DNA from: Octopus vulgaris
Taxonomy: Eukaryota
Length of the DNA stretch: 64,000 nucleotides
Direction: 5' to 3'
NCBI GenBank assembly: GCA_951406725.2
Contig: OX597818.1
Location: 62,992,001 to 63,056,000, forward strand
The translations under genes and the position numbers were made by a program. Positions 27,498 to 41,484 of the stretch are shown one piece after another. Under the pieces are notes generated by a model that was not told the DNA's origin, searched no databases, and saw nothing but the letters and a program-made list of their open reading frames with translations. Numbering within the stretch: position 1 is the stretch's first letter; each line of letters begins with the position of its first letter.

Positions 27498-27867
27498 AAT
27501 TGAGATAGGGGTTGTAAATGCAACCCTCCATGGGATAACATATATCCAATATAATGCTAGTGAAGTACCCAACAAACTTAATACATAAATGTTAAGGATT
27601 GCGATGCAATCAATTCATAAATCTATATCTATATTTATATTTATACTTACTTATATTTATATAGTCTTATATATATTCTACTTATTGTATAACATTACTC
27701 TTTTATGTACACTTTTTAATGTACACTCCTTTATGTACACTGTTTTGTTCTACTTTTTTATGTTTAACCCTATAGTTTCTTATGTCGTGGTTTAATAAAG
27801 TATGTGATTGAGTATTATCTGGTAATTGATATTTGATTTGGATGTATTTCTCCATATTCTTATTTTG

Positions 27868-27899
<32 letters not shown>

Positions 27900-28821
27900 T
27901 ATACATATGCATGTATGTATGTTTTTATATGCGCGTGTCTGTGTATGTATGTATGTATGTATGTATATATATATAAATTACCCCCACCAAAAAAAGATGA
28001 AGAACAAACACAAAAATCAACAAAGCGAAGACTTGGTACATGTTAAGTATTAGAAGACGCTCAGGGAAGGAAAGAAATATGGTGTAAAGTTTCTAGCAAA
28101 GCTCTTCTTCAGGAACAGAGGAACGTCCAATAGGAAAGGAAGACGGGGGAAAGAAATCGCCAACGTTTTACCTGTTGCTACACACACACATAATATTGTC
28201 TTTTCTTTCTGATGCAGTAAACCGGTTTTAAGCACCTAAGAATAGCATATGGATATTTAATGCCGTTCTGATATTACAATTCACATTCATAGTATAGGCC
28301 AATTACACTAATACATCTGCGTTAATTTGAAAATTGCAGAGTCAGTTTATTGTGAATAGTTATTTTATAACAGTAAATCTCCCAGATTTTTAAATGTCAT
28401 TATATGAGACATTCTTGGTATGTAAATATTTTATTTGACATCTGTTTCTAAACGCAACATATTGTAATGACTTTATTACTTAACTCTGAATATAGTACTT
28501 AATATTTGTTTTAACTGACATCATTTGAATGCGAATTACACTGCATTGAAATACGGTATATGTTTTATTAAACAGCAGAAAAACATGAATTGTTAATGCG
28601 CAGTGATTGTTAATGCATTCATAATTTTTTCGTGAACAACTTTCTAAAAATTCTTGTCCAAATTTTGTCACCTGAGCTTCAATGAAATAACAAAATATTT
28701 ATTTTTGCTTTCAGGTAAAGAAACAAATTTTGTTTAAGAATTTCTATATAATACATAACTAAAATACGCATATTTATTTGCGTTTGTGTGTATATATATA
28801 TATCATATATGTATTTATATG

Positions 28822-29543
<722 letters not shown>

Positions 29544-29753
29544 TTTTATGCAGAAAGCGGAATTTTATAACGCCGCACTATCCAAAGCCGGTTATAGGCA
29601 GAAGGTAGTATATATTGATCCAGCCCTTCCGATGCCACCATTCAGTCATCAGGATAGGGCCGTCTATAATAACATAAATAATTTAAGTAGTGATGCGAGC
29701 GGGGGGAGTGTTGGAGCAGGTACTTCTGGATTTAATTTAGGGAACATAGATAA

Positions 29754-30896
29754 TTTACGGTCCGGGGAGGTCATACTAAACCAAAACCTTTTATACAACC
29801 TAGAATCACCCACCCTAATGTCAGAGCTGGCTTCCCGACCCATCACATAAATAGGAATAAACATATCTGGTTTGTAATTCCCTTTGGTAAGCAGATTAGA
29901 ACTAATCTTCCCCTCCTGTTTCGCCAAGCCATTGCCAGTAACTTCCCCAGAAATTCTAAATATTACTCCACGGTTAATTCACATAAAGTTAGGATAGCTT
30001 TCTCCAACACAAAAAACCTTTCCCAGATAATCGCCTCCCATAATAATAGGCTGCTTATTAAGACCCTACCACCATTGTCCGGAGGCGCAGCTCCGTCTAA
30101 TTCCAGTTTAACGCGCAGTAGGAATAATAATAGTAGTAATAATGATAAAAGAGCCAGTACAGTGACTGGTAATCTCAGTACCAACCAGGGAGTAAATAAT
30201 AGGATTAGCGATAGAAGAAATGGTGATCTTAATAACGTTAGTAATGGTAATAAGGAGGTGAGCGCAGTTCGGGTCATTAATGTAGAGAGTCCTAATAGCA
30301 ACTTCAGCATCGTTTCCGGCAATAGCAGGTCCACGGATACTAGCAATTACAGCGTTCTCAGTGATAGGGAATACACAGGGGTTAGTCAGTTAATTAATAG
30401 TGATAATGAGGAGTATAATGTAGTAGGCGGCCGCAGTTCTCACAGTCAATATAGTAACAGAAACGCAGTATTAATATCAGAAGCTAATCCCAATAGAATA
30501 AGGTTCTTGTCTAGTAACTCCAAGATCAGAAATGCCATTTACCAATGCAATGTTTACACGGATTCAGATGTCTACTCGTATGTCGGTGCCTCATCGTCAA
30601 AATTGGCCTTGAGAATATCGAACCATTTCGCAACTTTTTGCGACGTTAATAAATACCAAGCTACAGGACTTAGCAAACTTATCTGGCGTTTGAAGAACGC
30701 GAATTCAGTTTTTAGGCTGGAATGGTCGATTTTGTCGGTGGCCCTCCCGTTTGATAGGGGCAGAAGGAGGAGTAATCTTTGTAACTCTGAGCTTTTCCAC
30801 ATATTGTTCGCCAGAGGCCGTTTGGTAAACGGGCTTTTACAGACGGCTTTTCGATGTCCCCATTGGCGGCGTCATACTTATCTTACATATAAATGA
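29754..30896 (+). pseudogene. Open frame of the PLE linker plus GIY-YIG domain (no start codon; one frameshift from the 29548 frame)
   Basis: The frame of ORF 30075-30896 stays open back to a TAA at 29751-29753. Confidence 0.8.
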
Positions 30897-31537
30897 TACA
30901 TAAGACAATTAACACCTTGTTACCCTATTAAAATGAAAATAATTTTCGGAAATAAGTTTTGAAAAAACTTTTTAAAAAATCTATGAACAACTCTTGCAAG
31001 GGGAAATTACTCCCATTAGGCGATTGGTCGGTTTTTTTTAGAAGCAAATGCTGGAATTATATATACCCTTATGATTCTTTGACGATGTTAATTTTTAGAC
31101 AAGCAGGCCACAGACGAACACACGAACACAGAATTTTTTCAGCCGCCTGACAGGCTTTCTTCAGCAGTGCTCATTATCTAGCGCCCCTCGCCAGCATACG
31201 GCCGCGCACACATAGGCTAGTATACACATACATGCTTTTAGGTAGGTTTTGTCTCGCCCCTAAAAAATACACCCTGTATTCTTAAAATATTCAGAACATT
31301 AGTTGTGGTAACACAGAACATCTCCACACCCCTTGTTCTCATTAATTCCTCACCTACTAGATTTGACCGCGGCCTGACCTGTAATTATTCCAACGGACCT
31401 TTTGTCGGCCCCCACCAACCCCCCGATTTCAACGTACATTGATAAACAGTTTTCCCATGGGCTCTTAAGGAGCGTCCTCGTTCGAATTGCTTTGCTGCGC
31501 CTCTGTTTTGTTTTGTTCTGACAACGTAATTCCTGTT

Positions 31538-31622
31538 TTTTTCTGAAGAGAAAGCTGCAATATGGTATCCTTATTTAATCAGAATTTGGAAAATTGTGGC
31601 CTTTGAAACATGTGTAGAATGT
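31538..31622 (+). ncRNA. Hammerhead-ribozyme-like motif in the PLE 3' terminal region
   Basis: CTGAAGA-G-AAAGCTGCAAT...ATTGTGGCCTTT-GAAAC-ATGT-GTA; long stem II, short stem III, GUA site. Confidence 0.7.
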
Positions 31623-31677
31623 AATAAAAGGAATTCTGTACAATATTCGTTCAACTCCATTTCTTCCATTCACTAAT

Positions 31678-31788
<111 letters not shown>

Positions 31789-32637
31789 GTATGCGTGAGT
31801 GCAGCAAAATATCATTTTTTTGTAATTTTTCTGTACAAGCCTGGCTCATTTATATCCTAATGGGACTACTAAACGTTTATTTGTGAATAGCAGTCTGCAG
31901 TGTCTAGTCTTCTGTCTCTCTGAACATATATAAGCAACGTTGGTTTTCCTTCTTAAAATGATTGATTACCATCTTTTCGTGCTCTGTACTCGTTCCCAAG
32001 AGAATAAGTGGTAAAGGATTGGAGCTCAAAGAGAGACTTGTATTATTACGTCCGCTTCTCTTAAGGAAAATCTATTTGTAACAATGCATTGTCGGTCATT
32101 CCTTTAACTTCTATTCATCTATATCGAATATACTGTATTTACTCAAAAGAGATAGAATAGAAAAGATGACTCCATGCGTTTTTTTCCGTTTTCAGAACTC
32201 TTGTATCTATGTACTTATTTTAAACGCAAATTCCAGCTGATATATCATACGTTTAAGGCTATGTGTTAAACAAGAGCAAGTAACTCATAACTCCGAAAAA
32301 TTATATTAATAAATCAGAATAGTATCTATTTACCGAAGAAAGGATATTAGTTGGGTATTCTGCACCAATTAAAATGTGTATAACGTAAATATCGCTCTTA
32401 TCAGCAGAAATACTTATCAAAAATAAAGTCGTTTGCCAAATTGAACCAAACAAATGCTTCTGGTGCGAAACCATCGATTCCTTACATAAGTTCCCTGTTC
32501 TACCGAGATTCTATGTGTGACCAAGTTTGCATTTCAAGTCCTCTCGCAGTATACATACATACATACATGCATACATACATACATACATACATAAATGAGA
32601 ATACACACATATACACGCATACATACATGAACATATA

Positions 32638-32695
<58 letters not shown>

Positions 32696-33079
32696 GAGAG
32701 AGAGAGAGAGTGAGAGAGTTAGGGTGATACATTTTCAAACGCAGCATCGTAGTTTCCATTCTCAGACTGGCGTTACTTTGTGTTCTTGAGCAGAACACTT
32801 GCTTCTACGTTTCTCCTGTCCAATCATTTAAATTAGCACTAACTTAAGAAATCAGTTTGATTTTTACCCACCTCTCAGTGCAACAGGTCTCTACAGTTGG
32901 CTAAATTTCATACAACGCCGAACTTGGGAATATAACAAATGTGTCAACCAAATGGTAAGCAACACATTACGCGTTTGATGAAATAATCAAAATAATTCCA
33001 GTTACCGGGACCCATTTTTCCTCAAAGACATGTAGCTTTTCTAGCTTTATGTTCTTCAGTGCTGTTCACCCTATTGGAC

Positions 33080-33555
33080 AAGAAACTGATCCTGCTGTGT
33101 TCGTTCGGCTGTTATTCTTGCACATCCCTTGCACATAGTGCTGACTAACTTCAGGTCATCTTCTAAATGTCGGCCTCCCAGTCTTACGCCTGCTGTCAAG
33201 TGGTACAGAAGTAAAGTCTGTTTTCCAGTGATCTTGACAGAGCAGAGATTTTGACCAAAGACACGGAATTGTTGCTCAGATAAAATCTTTTGCTGTGACT
33301 GTGTCTTTGCTCTTCCTTGAATCTCTTCATTTGTGACACGGTTAATCCAGTTGACACTCAGAATCTTTCAGATGTACCTTTGATGAAATACATTCAATTT
33401 TCTATCGTCCATGCCATGAAGTTTTAAATTTTGCTGCCGTAGGTTGCTGTAGATGGAGTTATATCGACGTAAATGTAGAGAACAGGTTGTGACTATACAG
33501 TGACAACTTAAATGCGTTAAGGGTATTTCTACAGATATCTTGCTACCACGTTTCG
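33080..33555 (-). mobile_element. RTE-clade LINE RT C-terminal relic
   Basis: Broken reading ...YGS...DDRKLNVFHQRYI*KILSVNWINRVTNEEIQGRA...FG resembles the FH.RCLR.IL.I.W.D.VTNEEV motif. Confidence 0.7.
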
Positions 33556-33559
33556 TATG

Positions 33560-34305
33560 GAGACGTCAGATGTAAACAAACAAAAGAGGGTAATGGGTAT
33601 ATTTGCTATACTTCGTGGGGTTTTGCCCCTTCATCAGCATCGATGTAAATCATTCTCGCCTCCGCACACATTGGTTATATAGCCACCGCATACAGCGGTG
33701 TTAAGTTATTGGATATACCAATTTGCATAATAAACGCCTTCCGGAGCTGCGCTGTTAGAGGGCCTAAACAAGAGCATTCGGTGGTACTCGGGCGAGGGGG
33801 CCCGGCCGCGACTTGTGGCTCGGCAAGTTTCGCGAAGAAACTGCGCGCTAGGAGGCGAGGAACAACGGCTGCGCGTTACGGTGGTCATCGGAAAGCGCCG
33901 GGCGGCGCCCCCGGCCTAGGCCGTCGCGCGGTCGGCGAGGCAGGAAGGAAGAGAGAAACGTCATGGAGCTCGCAAAGCTTGGTATTTCGTTATGCAACCT
34001 ATACTATAAAGTATATTACCTGATTTTAGGAGTCAACACCACGTTCTACTGTGTTATCACTGCTTTCTACATTATTCCGTTTTGGTTATTTCTACAGATA
34101 ATCCATAGATATTATAACCAGTCCTGATTTTTGTACAATGCGATTAATATGTAAATTGGCATATTCTATAGAATATCTTTATAAATAACCTCAAAAGGAC
34201 AGTGTAAAACACTGCTGACGCAGGACAAAATCCCCGAAATATGGCATATATATTCATTATCCATTTTCGTCTTCGATCTCATTGTTTGCTTACATCGAAT
34301 GTCTC
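33560..34305. mobile_element. Element bounded by inverted hammerhead-bearing arms, enclosing a GC-rich island
   Basis: 33560-33640 is an imperfect reverse complement of 34213-34305; cores CTGATGAAGGGGCAAAACCCCACGAAGT (-) and CTGACGCAGGACAAAATCCCCGAAAT (+). Confidence 0.65.
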
Positions 34306-34951
34306 AATAAGTAATGTTGTAGCGGAAAATGAACGCTGGTTATAATTTCTGTAGAATAGTGTAAAAAGCACGGCTAACGCAGTAGGACGTGGTGATGACT
34401 TAAAAAAAAAACATTTAATATACTTTATATAATGAAATGCCATGTACCTAAAAGGTATTACACTTAAATGTGATACAGGAAAGGGAATATTATAAATACA
34501 TCATATCACTAATTACACATGAAATTACACATACTTTAATGAATAAAACTATTAACAAAGAAGCTAATGTTGAATTAATATGAAATCTGAGCAGTTCTCT
34601 AATTAGTATGGACTGGCTTCTTCTCATTAAATATTTGTCTAGACAATGAGTGGGAGATCCGTATTAAATAAGCATTCTATGTTTAATAATTATTGCACAC
34701 GAGTTGCCCTGGTAACCTCATCAACCTATGTGGAAGAAAATAATCTACATAATCTGTGAGTGTGTAGTTATAAACCTGTTAATAAATCACAATTACGAGG
34801 ACGTAACATCTGAATTATATGACGCTATGAGAATTTACAAACTTTTGAGGAAAATGTGAACAAGATTTTTAAATAACGTTTTTCTGAATATAGGAGTGCG
34901 TTCATTTTGTGACGATGTTCTGCGCATCACGACAGAGAGATTTTTTCCTTT

Positions 34952-35380
34952 AAGCGCAGGAGTGGCTGTGTGGTAAGTAGCTTGCTAACTAACCACATGG
35001 TTCCGGGTTCAGCCCCACTGCACGGAACCTTGGGCAAGTGCTTTCTGCTATAGCCCCGGGCCAACCAATGCCTTGTGAGTGGACTTGGTACGCAGAAACT
35101 GAAAGAAGCCTGTCGTATATATATATATATATATATATATATCTGTGTGTGTGGGTATGTGTGTGTGTGTGTGTGTGTGTGTTTGTTTGTCCCCCTAGCA
35201 TTGCTTGACAACCGATGCTGGTGTGTTTACGTCCTCGCTACTTAGCGGTTCGGCAAAAGAGATCGATAGAATAAGTACTTGGCTTACAAAGAATAAGTCC
35301 CGGGATTGATTTGCTCCACTAAAGGTGGTGCTCCAGCATGGCCGCATTCAAATTGCTGAAACAAGTAAAAGAGTAAAAGA
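34952..35380 (+). mobile_element. SINE family A, full length
   Basis: GCGCAGGAGTGGCTGTGTGGTAAG head through to the GTAAAAGA tail. Confidence 0.9.
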
Positions 35381-37682
35381 GAGAGAGAGAGAGAGTTCGC
35401 TCTTGTGAGTGATTCATCAGATAGTGCTATATATGACAGTATATACATATTGTGTTAAAAAAAAACAATATTTAAACTTTTTCTGATCAAAAAGGAATTT
35501 TCGAGACGACTGTATTCTGGCCGCTCAGTAATTAAGATGTAAAAAGTCTGTGCTTCTAAAAGTAACTTCAATATAACTGCATGTGCATAAGTCGCCACCA
35601 AAATATTTCTCCCGTGAGACTATTTGTTAAGCGTTGTAGGTAATAGTTTCTAGACGAGTAAATGAATATTTTGTTTTACCAAATTGATCTATCTTATTTC
35701 AAATAAAGGGTATTAAGTACCTACCAGTTCTATTTTGATATTATTCCTGAGTTCTCGATACATTTTGCACAGTCTTAGAGCACATCAAATATTTTGAGAC
35801 GATGTTATGCGCATCACATCAGAGAGATCTTTTCCTTTAATCCTGCGCAGAATTATACCAATTATTTCTATTCTTAGCAATTATCTTTAAATATTGAAGA
35901 GAGATGCAAAGCAAAATTTCCTGAAACCATTATGTTTCGTCAGGAAATCAGTAATTGATCCATGGAAGATAAATCAGGAAATGCCATTCACCTTCATAGT
36001 GTTAGGAATTCTGTAAGTTTTTGCTCGACCTCCAAGAAATAACCGTCATATAATTAATTCTTTCTCCATGCAATATAAGATACGAAAATGAAGACAAGGT
36101 ACATCTGAAATAATGGAGTATTTATCTTGTGAAGAATAATCTAACCATTTTTAATAGGCTGTGGCAGATGCGAACGTGAAAACATGAGCGCTGCGTTTTT
36201 CGCTCCCAGAGAAAACTTCCCTTCCTCTAGATGAGGTATGTTCCTTACAAAAGCGATCAAACGGCACAACGCGACTCTGAAAATACTCTGGCGTTTCGCT
36301 CCCTTAGTTCGTCTCTTCATCCAAAGCTACCCACAGAACCGATGAAGTTCTTAAAAGTATGCGCACGTATATATAGAATTCAGCATATAGCGACAACGCG
36401 GATGCGTTTCGATATCTGCCAAAGAGGAAAGCGAGAGCCGAAATAATAACATATCTATACATTAAGAATAGGTCTTGAGAGATTCCAATACGAATATCAA
36501 ATCCAGTGATTTTGGTCATAGGGCAGCATGATTTAAGACTGATGCAGGGTTATGAAAGTACTTAAGAAACACATTTATAATTCCAATATCCAACCATTTT
36601 CAGCTTTCCATGCAGGCTATATACAACTTAGCAAGTAGTATGAATCTTATATACAAGTGTTAAATATATAAAAGAATTACATTAGAAAAAGAGACCATTA
36701 ATCTTCGAGTAATTTCTATATATTTAAATGAATTCTAACATTTGTAACAATTATCTCACCGAAGCTCTCTTTGAAAAGGTGGTTTCTAAATGAATAGTAA
36801 CGTATAAGACATTCCTAATAATTCAATTTCGGTAAGCTAGTTAAGAATCTCCACGTACTTAACTCTTTATCAGAAAGAAGAATAATACGATGTAAAATTA
36901 TAATGGAATCTGACTCTCTTAGGATTTAACCTATTAAATGTATGGTTTTTCACCTTCTCCATTTTAAGATATCATCATTTTATTCAAAACACATAATTGG
37001 TTTCGTTGTTAGGGTAATCCCGCACCTGAATAAAATAGTTCTAGCCAATGCATTGCTTAATATCTTGTGTCTAGCATTATTTATTATCGTCATCGTCCTC
37101 CTCCTCCTCATCATCATCATCATCATTATCATCATCACGATTATTATCGCCGCCATCATCATCATATTGCTTCGCCTTTTCATCATCATCATCATCGACA
37201 GCATTGTCTCCCATAAGCATCATTTTTGTTACACTCGACATCTCAATCATCATCATCATCATTACCAAAATTAACCCCCACTACCCCAACTATACCACGA
37301 ACACCATCACGAACACCACCACTACCACCAAAGCCACCACCACCAATAATCAGTTGAAGAAGTTATTATGGTTCGATTAATTCCTACTCCAGCGGTGTTG
37401 TCTTCGTAGAGAAATCAGAGGATTTCTTTTTCGCTCGATTTCCTAGAACCAATCAGGTTACCATTTGTATTGAGACCAATCCTTCCGAGTTTGTCAAGTC
37501 CTTTCTCCCGGGTATTTTTGTTTTCTCTTTTTATTAAACGAGTAAGGAGTGTACTTGATACGTTTTATTGCGGTACTAGCAGTCATAAGGTTTCGTCCCT
37601 CCCCATAGAAAACGTTCTTGCTACTATATCCTGAGATAGTGGAATTAAAGCAATGATGTCGAGTGACTGAGTAAGAGATGAT

Positions 37683-37725
<43 letters not shown>

Positions 37726-37763
37726 GACAAAGTACAAACAAAGATAAATGGGAGAAGGAAACA

Positions 37764-37977
37764 ATTACTCTTTTACTTGTTTCAGTCATTTGACTGTGGC
37801 CATGCTGGTGCATCACCTTTAGTCGAGCAAATCGACCCCGGGACATATTCTTTGTAAGCCCAGTACTTATTCTATCGGTCTCTTTTGCCGAACCGCTAAG
37901 TGACGAGGACGTAAACACACCAGCATCGGTTGTCAAGCAATGCTAAGGGGACAAACACAAACACAAAAACACACACA

Positions 37978-38038
<61 letters not shown>

Positions 38039-38106
38039 GACATGCTTCTTTCAGTTTCCGTCTACCAAATCCACTCACAAGGCATTGGTCGGCCCGGGGC
38101 TATAGC
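37764..38106 (-). mobile_element. SINE family A, 5'-truncated
   Basis: Tail and body match 8133-8460. Confidence 0.85.
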
Positions 38107-38320
38107 AAACCCTCTATCGTTAATTTTCTTTAGTAGATACAGTCTTTGGATTTTTCCCGTGCTGAGGGCATCATAAACGAGCCTAGTACTTAATTTTAAG
38201 GCTCTTATTCTATCGGCCTCTTTTTGTCGAAATTTTCAGTTACGGGAACGTAAACATAATAACACCGGCTGTCCAGCAGGGGCGGAGGCAGATACAGCAC
38301 ATAGAGAGGGACACACACTT

Positions 38321-38552
38321 ATATTTCTTTACTACCTACAAGGGGCTAAACATAGAGGGGAAAAACAAGGACAGACAAAGGGATTAAGTCGATTACATCG
38401 ACCCCGGTGCGAAAGTGGTACTTAATTTTTCGACTCCGAAAGGATGAAAGGCAAAGTCGGCCTCGGGGGAATTTGAACTCAGAACGTGGCGGCAGACGAA
38501 ATACTGCTAAGCATTTCGCCCGGCGTGCTAACGTTTCTGCTCGTTCACCGCC
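38321..38552 (-). mobile_element. SINE family C monomer
   Basis: Matches 19006-19236. Confidence 0.85.
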
Positions 38553-39812
38553 ATTCACGCACACACACAAACACACACACACACACGCACACACACAGAC
38601 ATACACACACACACACACACACTGGTAAGCATAGACGCACACGTAGATATCTATATATATATATATGGTGTTACTAAATACAGGAAAAAAAACTAGTTGG
38701 TATTTTAAGCTATATAAAACATACAAAGATGACGAGCTTCTTTCAGTTTCCCTCCACTCGCAGTGCTTTGGTTGGTCTCGGGCTCTGGTGGAAGACAGTT
38801 TACCAAAGTGTTGCGCAGTTGGACTTATCGCAACACCATATGGTTAGAAAGTAGTCAAACAACCACTCCTAAGTTTATGAGGGCAGAAATAATGTGAGTT
38901 TGCGGTAGGAAGGAGAGAACAATGGTTTTGACAGAGATAGACAATATTAAGCGGTTGTGCTGGATGTCATTAATGAGTAACGAAGTGAGAATGGATGACT
39001 ATGATTATAATCAGGTTATTGCCGACTGTATTGGATAAGGATTGGCGGGACAGTAACTCGGGATAGTGTCCATGTTTCAGTAATTAGGTGGAAGGTGACC
39101 CTGATCGGACAAATGAATAAAGGCGTTGAAGATGTGCTAAAACCCTTGTTTTTACCAATACGTTGTCTTTAATTATATAATGAGATCTATCCCTCCATTT
39201 TAAATGAGTTATCTTAAGGTTTCAAGTTGATTTGAAACTTAATTCTGGCAGAAATAGCGAACAAACATAAGCTCCCAGGTGAGGTATTTGAAATGTGTTG
39301 AATGTATAAGTAACCTCAGTAATAACTGGATACAGGAATGTTATTTTAAAATGCTGAGTAAACGTTATTTATATTTTTAATTTTGTTAATGGGATGTCGT
39401 AAATGTTCACACGTAACTATATTAAAGCGAAGTCTATATTCTATTTCAAAAAAAAAAAATGTGACAATTTAATTAAAAGGTACATCTACTTAAAAGCTTG
39501 TTCCACAACGAGCTAATTATTGCTACTACACATACATATATACATACATACATACATACATACATACATACATACGTGCATACATATATACATACATATA
39601 TACACACATACATATATACATACATACATACATACATATAAGTGTACGCATATATATATATGTGTGTGTGCGAATGAAGATATATGCAATATTTATGCTT
39701 GTATATTTATCTACCTATATATGTGCGTGTGTGTATGCGTGTGTTTGTGTGTGTGTGTATTTGTATTGACTGTGTCTATGTATGTATAGGCACACTGACA
39801 CATATGTATGTA

Positions 39813-39877
<65 letters not shown>

Positions 39878-40507
39878 TTGTGTGTGTTGCTGAATTATAT
39901 ATAAACTTAGAAAAGCAATATAGTATGATTTAGGTCCAACATTGGACAGAAACTTGTATATATTGGAAATAGAAATATATATTGATTTACTTTTAACGTA
40001 TTTGAATAACAAAGCTGCCATTTATACATCCCTATTCCACCACAGAAATATAGACAAAAATAAATAAATAAATACCTACGCACACATACGTCAAGCTCGG
40101 ATATGCTTGCTAAAATTCTCTTAGGATCGCGTATCATGTTCGAAGAAGTTGACTATAGCTTTCTTTGTATCTGCTGTGTCGTCCGTTACTGACCATCCGT
40201 GCAATTCTGTATTGGTCCTGTAAACACTTGTTTAGTGAGGCCACTGTATCACATCCATGGATGCTTCTTTAACTAATCTTTTAGTTGATTTTAACGCGTC
40301 TCGCTTCTCCTCCGTATATTTAATCCAGTTTCAGTGAATGAATTTATATTTCGTATTAACTACCAATGTAAATAATTCTCTTAAATGTAAAATATATTAC
40401 ATTATTTGTAGTGAAATTTAAATTACAAATCTTAAGTACACTATCTTGAATATATAAAATGATGACACATTCAAAAATAAATAAATAAATTTATTTATTA
40501 ATTGTTT

Positions 40508-40545
40508 AATAATAATAATAATAACAATAATAATAATAATAATAA

Positions 40546-40604
<59 letters not shown>

Positions 40605-40605
40605 T

Positions 40606-40637
<32 letters not shown>

Positions 40638-40705
40638 ATAATAATAATGATGATAATAATGATAATGATAATAATAATAATGATGATGATGATGATGATG
40701 ATGAC

Positions 40706-40762
<57 letters not shown>

Positions 40763-40765
40763 AAT
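40508..40765. repeat. Compound trinucleotide microsatellite (AAT/AGT/ACT/GAT)
   Basis: Direct reading. Confidence 0.95.
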
Positions 40766-41092
40766 AAATGAATAATTTTATACAATGCCATATCGTGATC
40801 TGAAAATTTTCTATTGCAAGCACAAATTTCCTGCTATTTTTCTGTAGGTAATTAATATATAAATATAAATTTTGATTTACAGAGATTTTTTTCCTTCTGA
40901 TAAACTAATTGTAAACTTTGTACGAGGAATAATATTTATATATATACCAATAAATGTATTAGAAAAATTATTATATACATATTTATAGCTTTTTAAATAA
41001 TTACTCATATAAATATTAATTTAGTTTCTTATATTTCATCATGTGAAGTTCATTAGAGTTTGTATACATATAATATTTTATACCATAATATA

Positions 41093-41291
41093 ACTCTCTT
41101 TACTCTTTTACACTTTTACTTGTTTCAGTCATTTGACTGCGGCCATGCTGGAGCACCGCCTTTAGTCGATCAAATCGACCCCGGTAATTATTCTATCGGT
41201 CTCTTTTGCCGAACCGCTAAGTTACGGGGACGTAAACACACCAGCATCGGCTGTCAAGCAATGCTAGGGGGAAAATTACAGACACACAAAC

Positions 41292-41344
<53 letters not shown>

Positions 41345-41484
41345 TACGACATGCTTCTTTCAGTTTCCGTCTACCAAATCCACTCACAAGGCATTGGTCG
41401 GCCCGGGGCTATAGCAGAATACACTTGCCCAATATGCCACGCAGTGGGACTTAACCCGGAACCATGTGGTTGGTTAGCAAGCTA
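41093..41484 (-). mobile_element. SINE family A, 3' part; head interrupted and resuming at 43702-43738
   Basis: Ends ...ACCATGTGGTTGGTTAGCAAGCTA; resumes GTTAGCAAGCTACTTACCACACAGCCACTCCTGCGCC. Confidence 0.92.

Noticed and set aside
28700-28720. TTTTTGCTTTCAG|GTAAAG recursive-splice-like site
   Set aside because: A single short motif expected by chance in AT-rich DNA, with no evidence of a host intron.
33709-34023. 104-aa Gly/Arg/Ala-rich ORF
   Set aside because: Its composition simply reflects GC richness; no recognisable domain or splice context.
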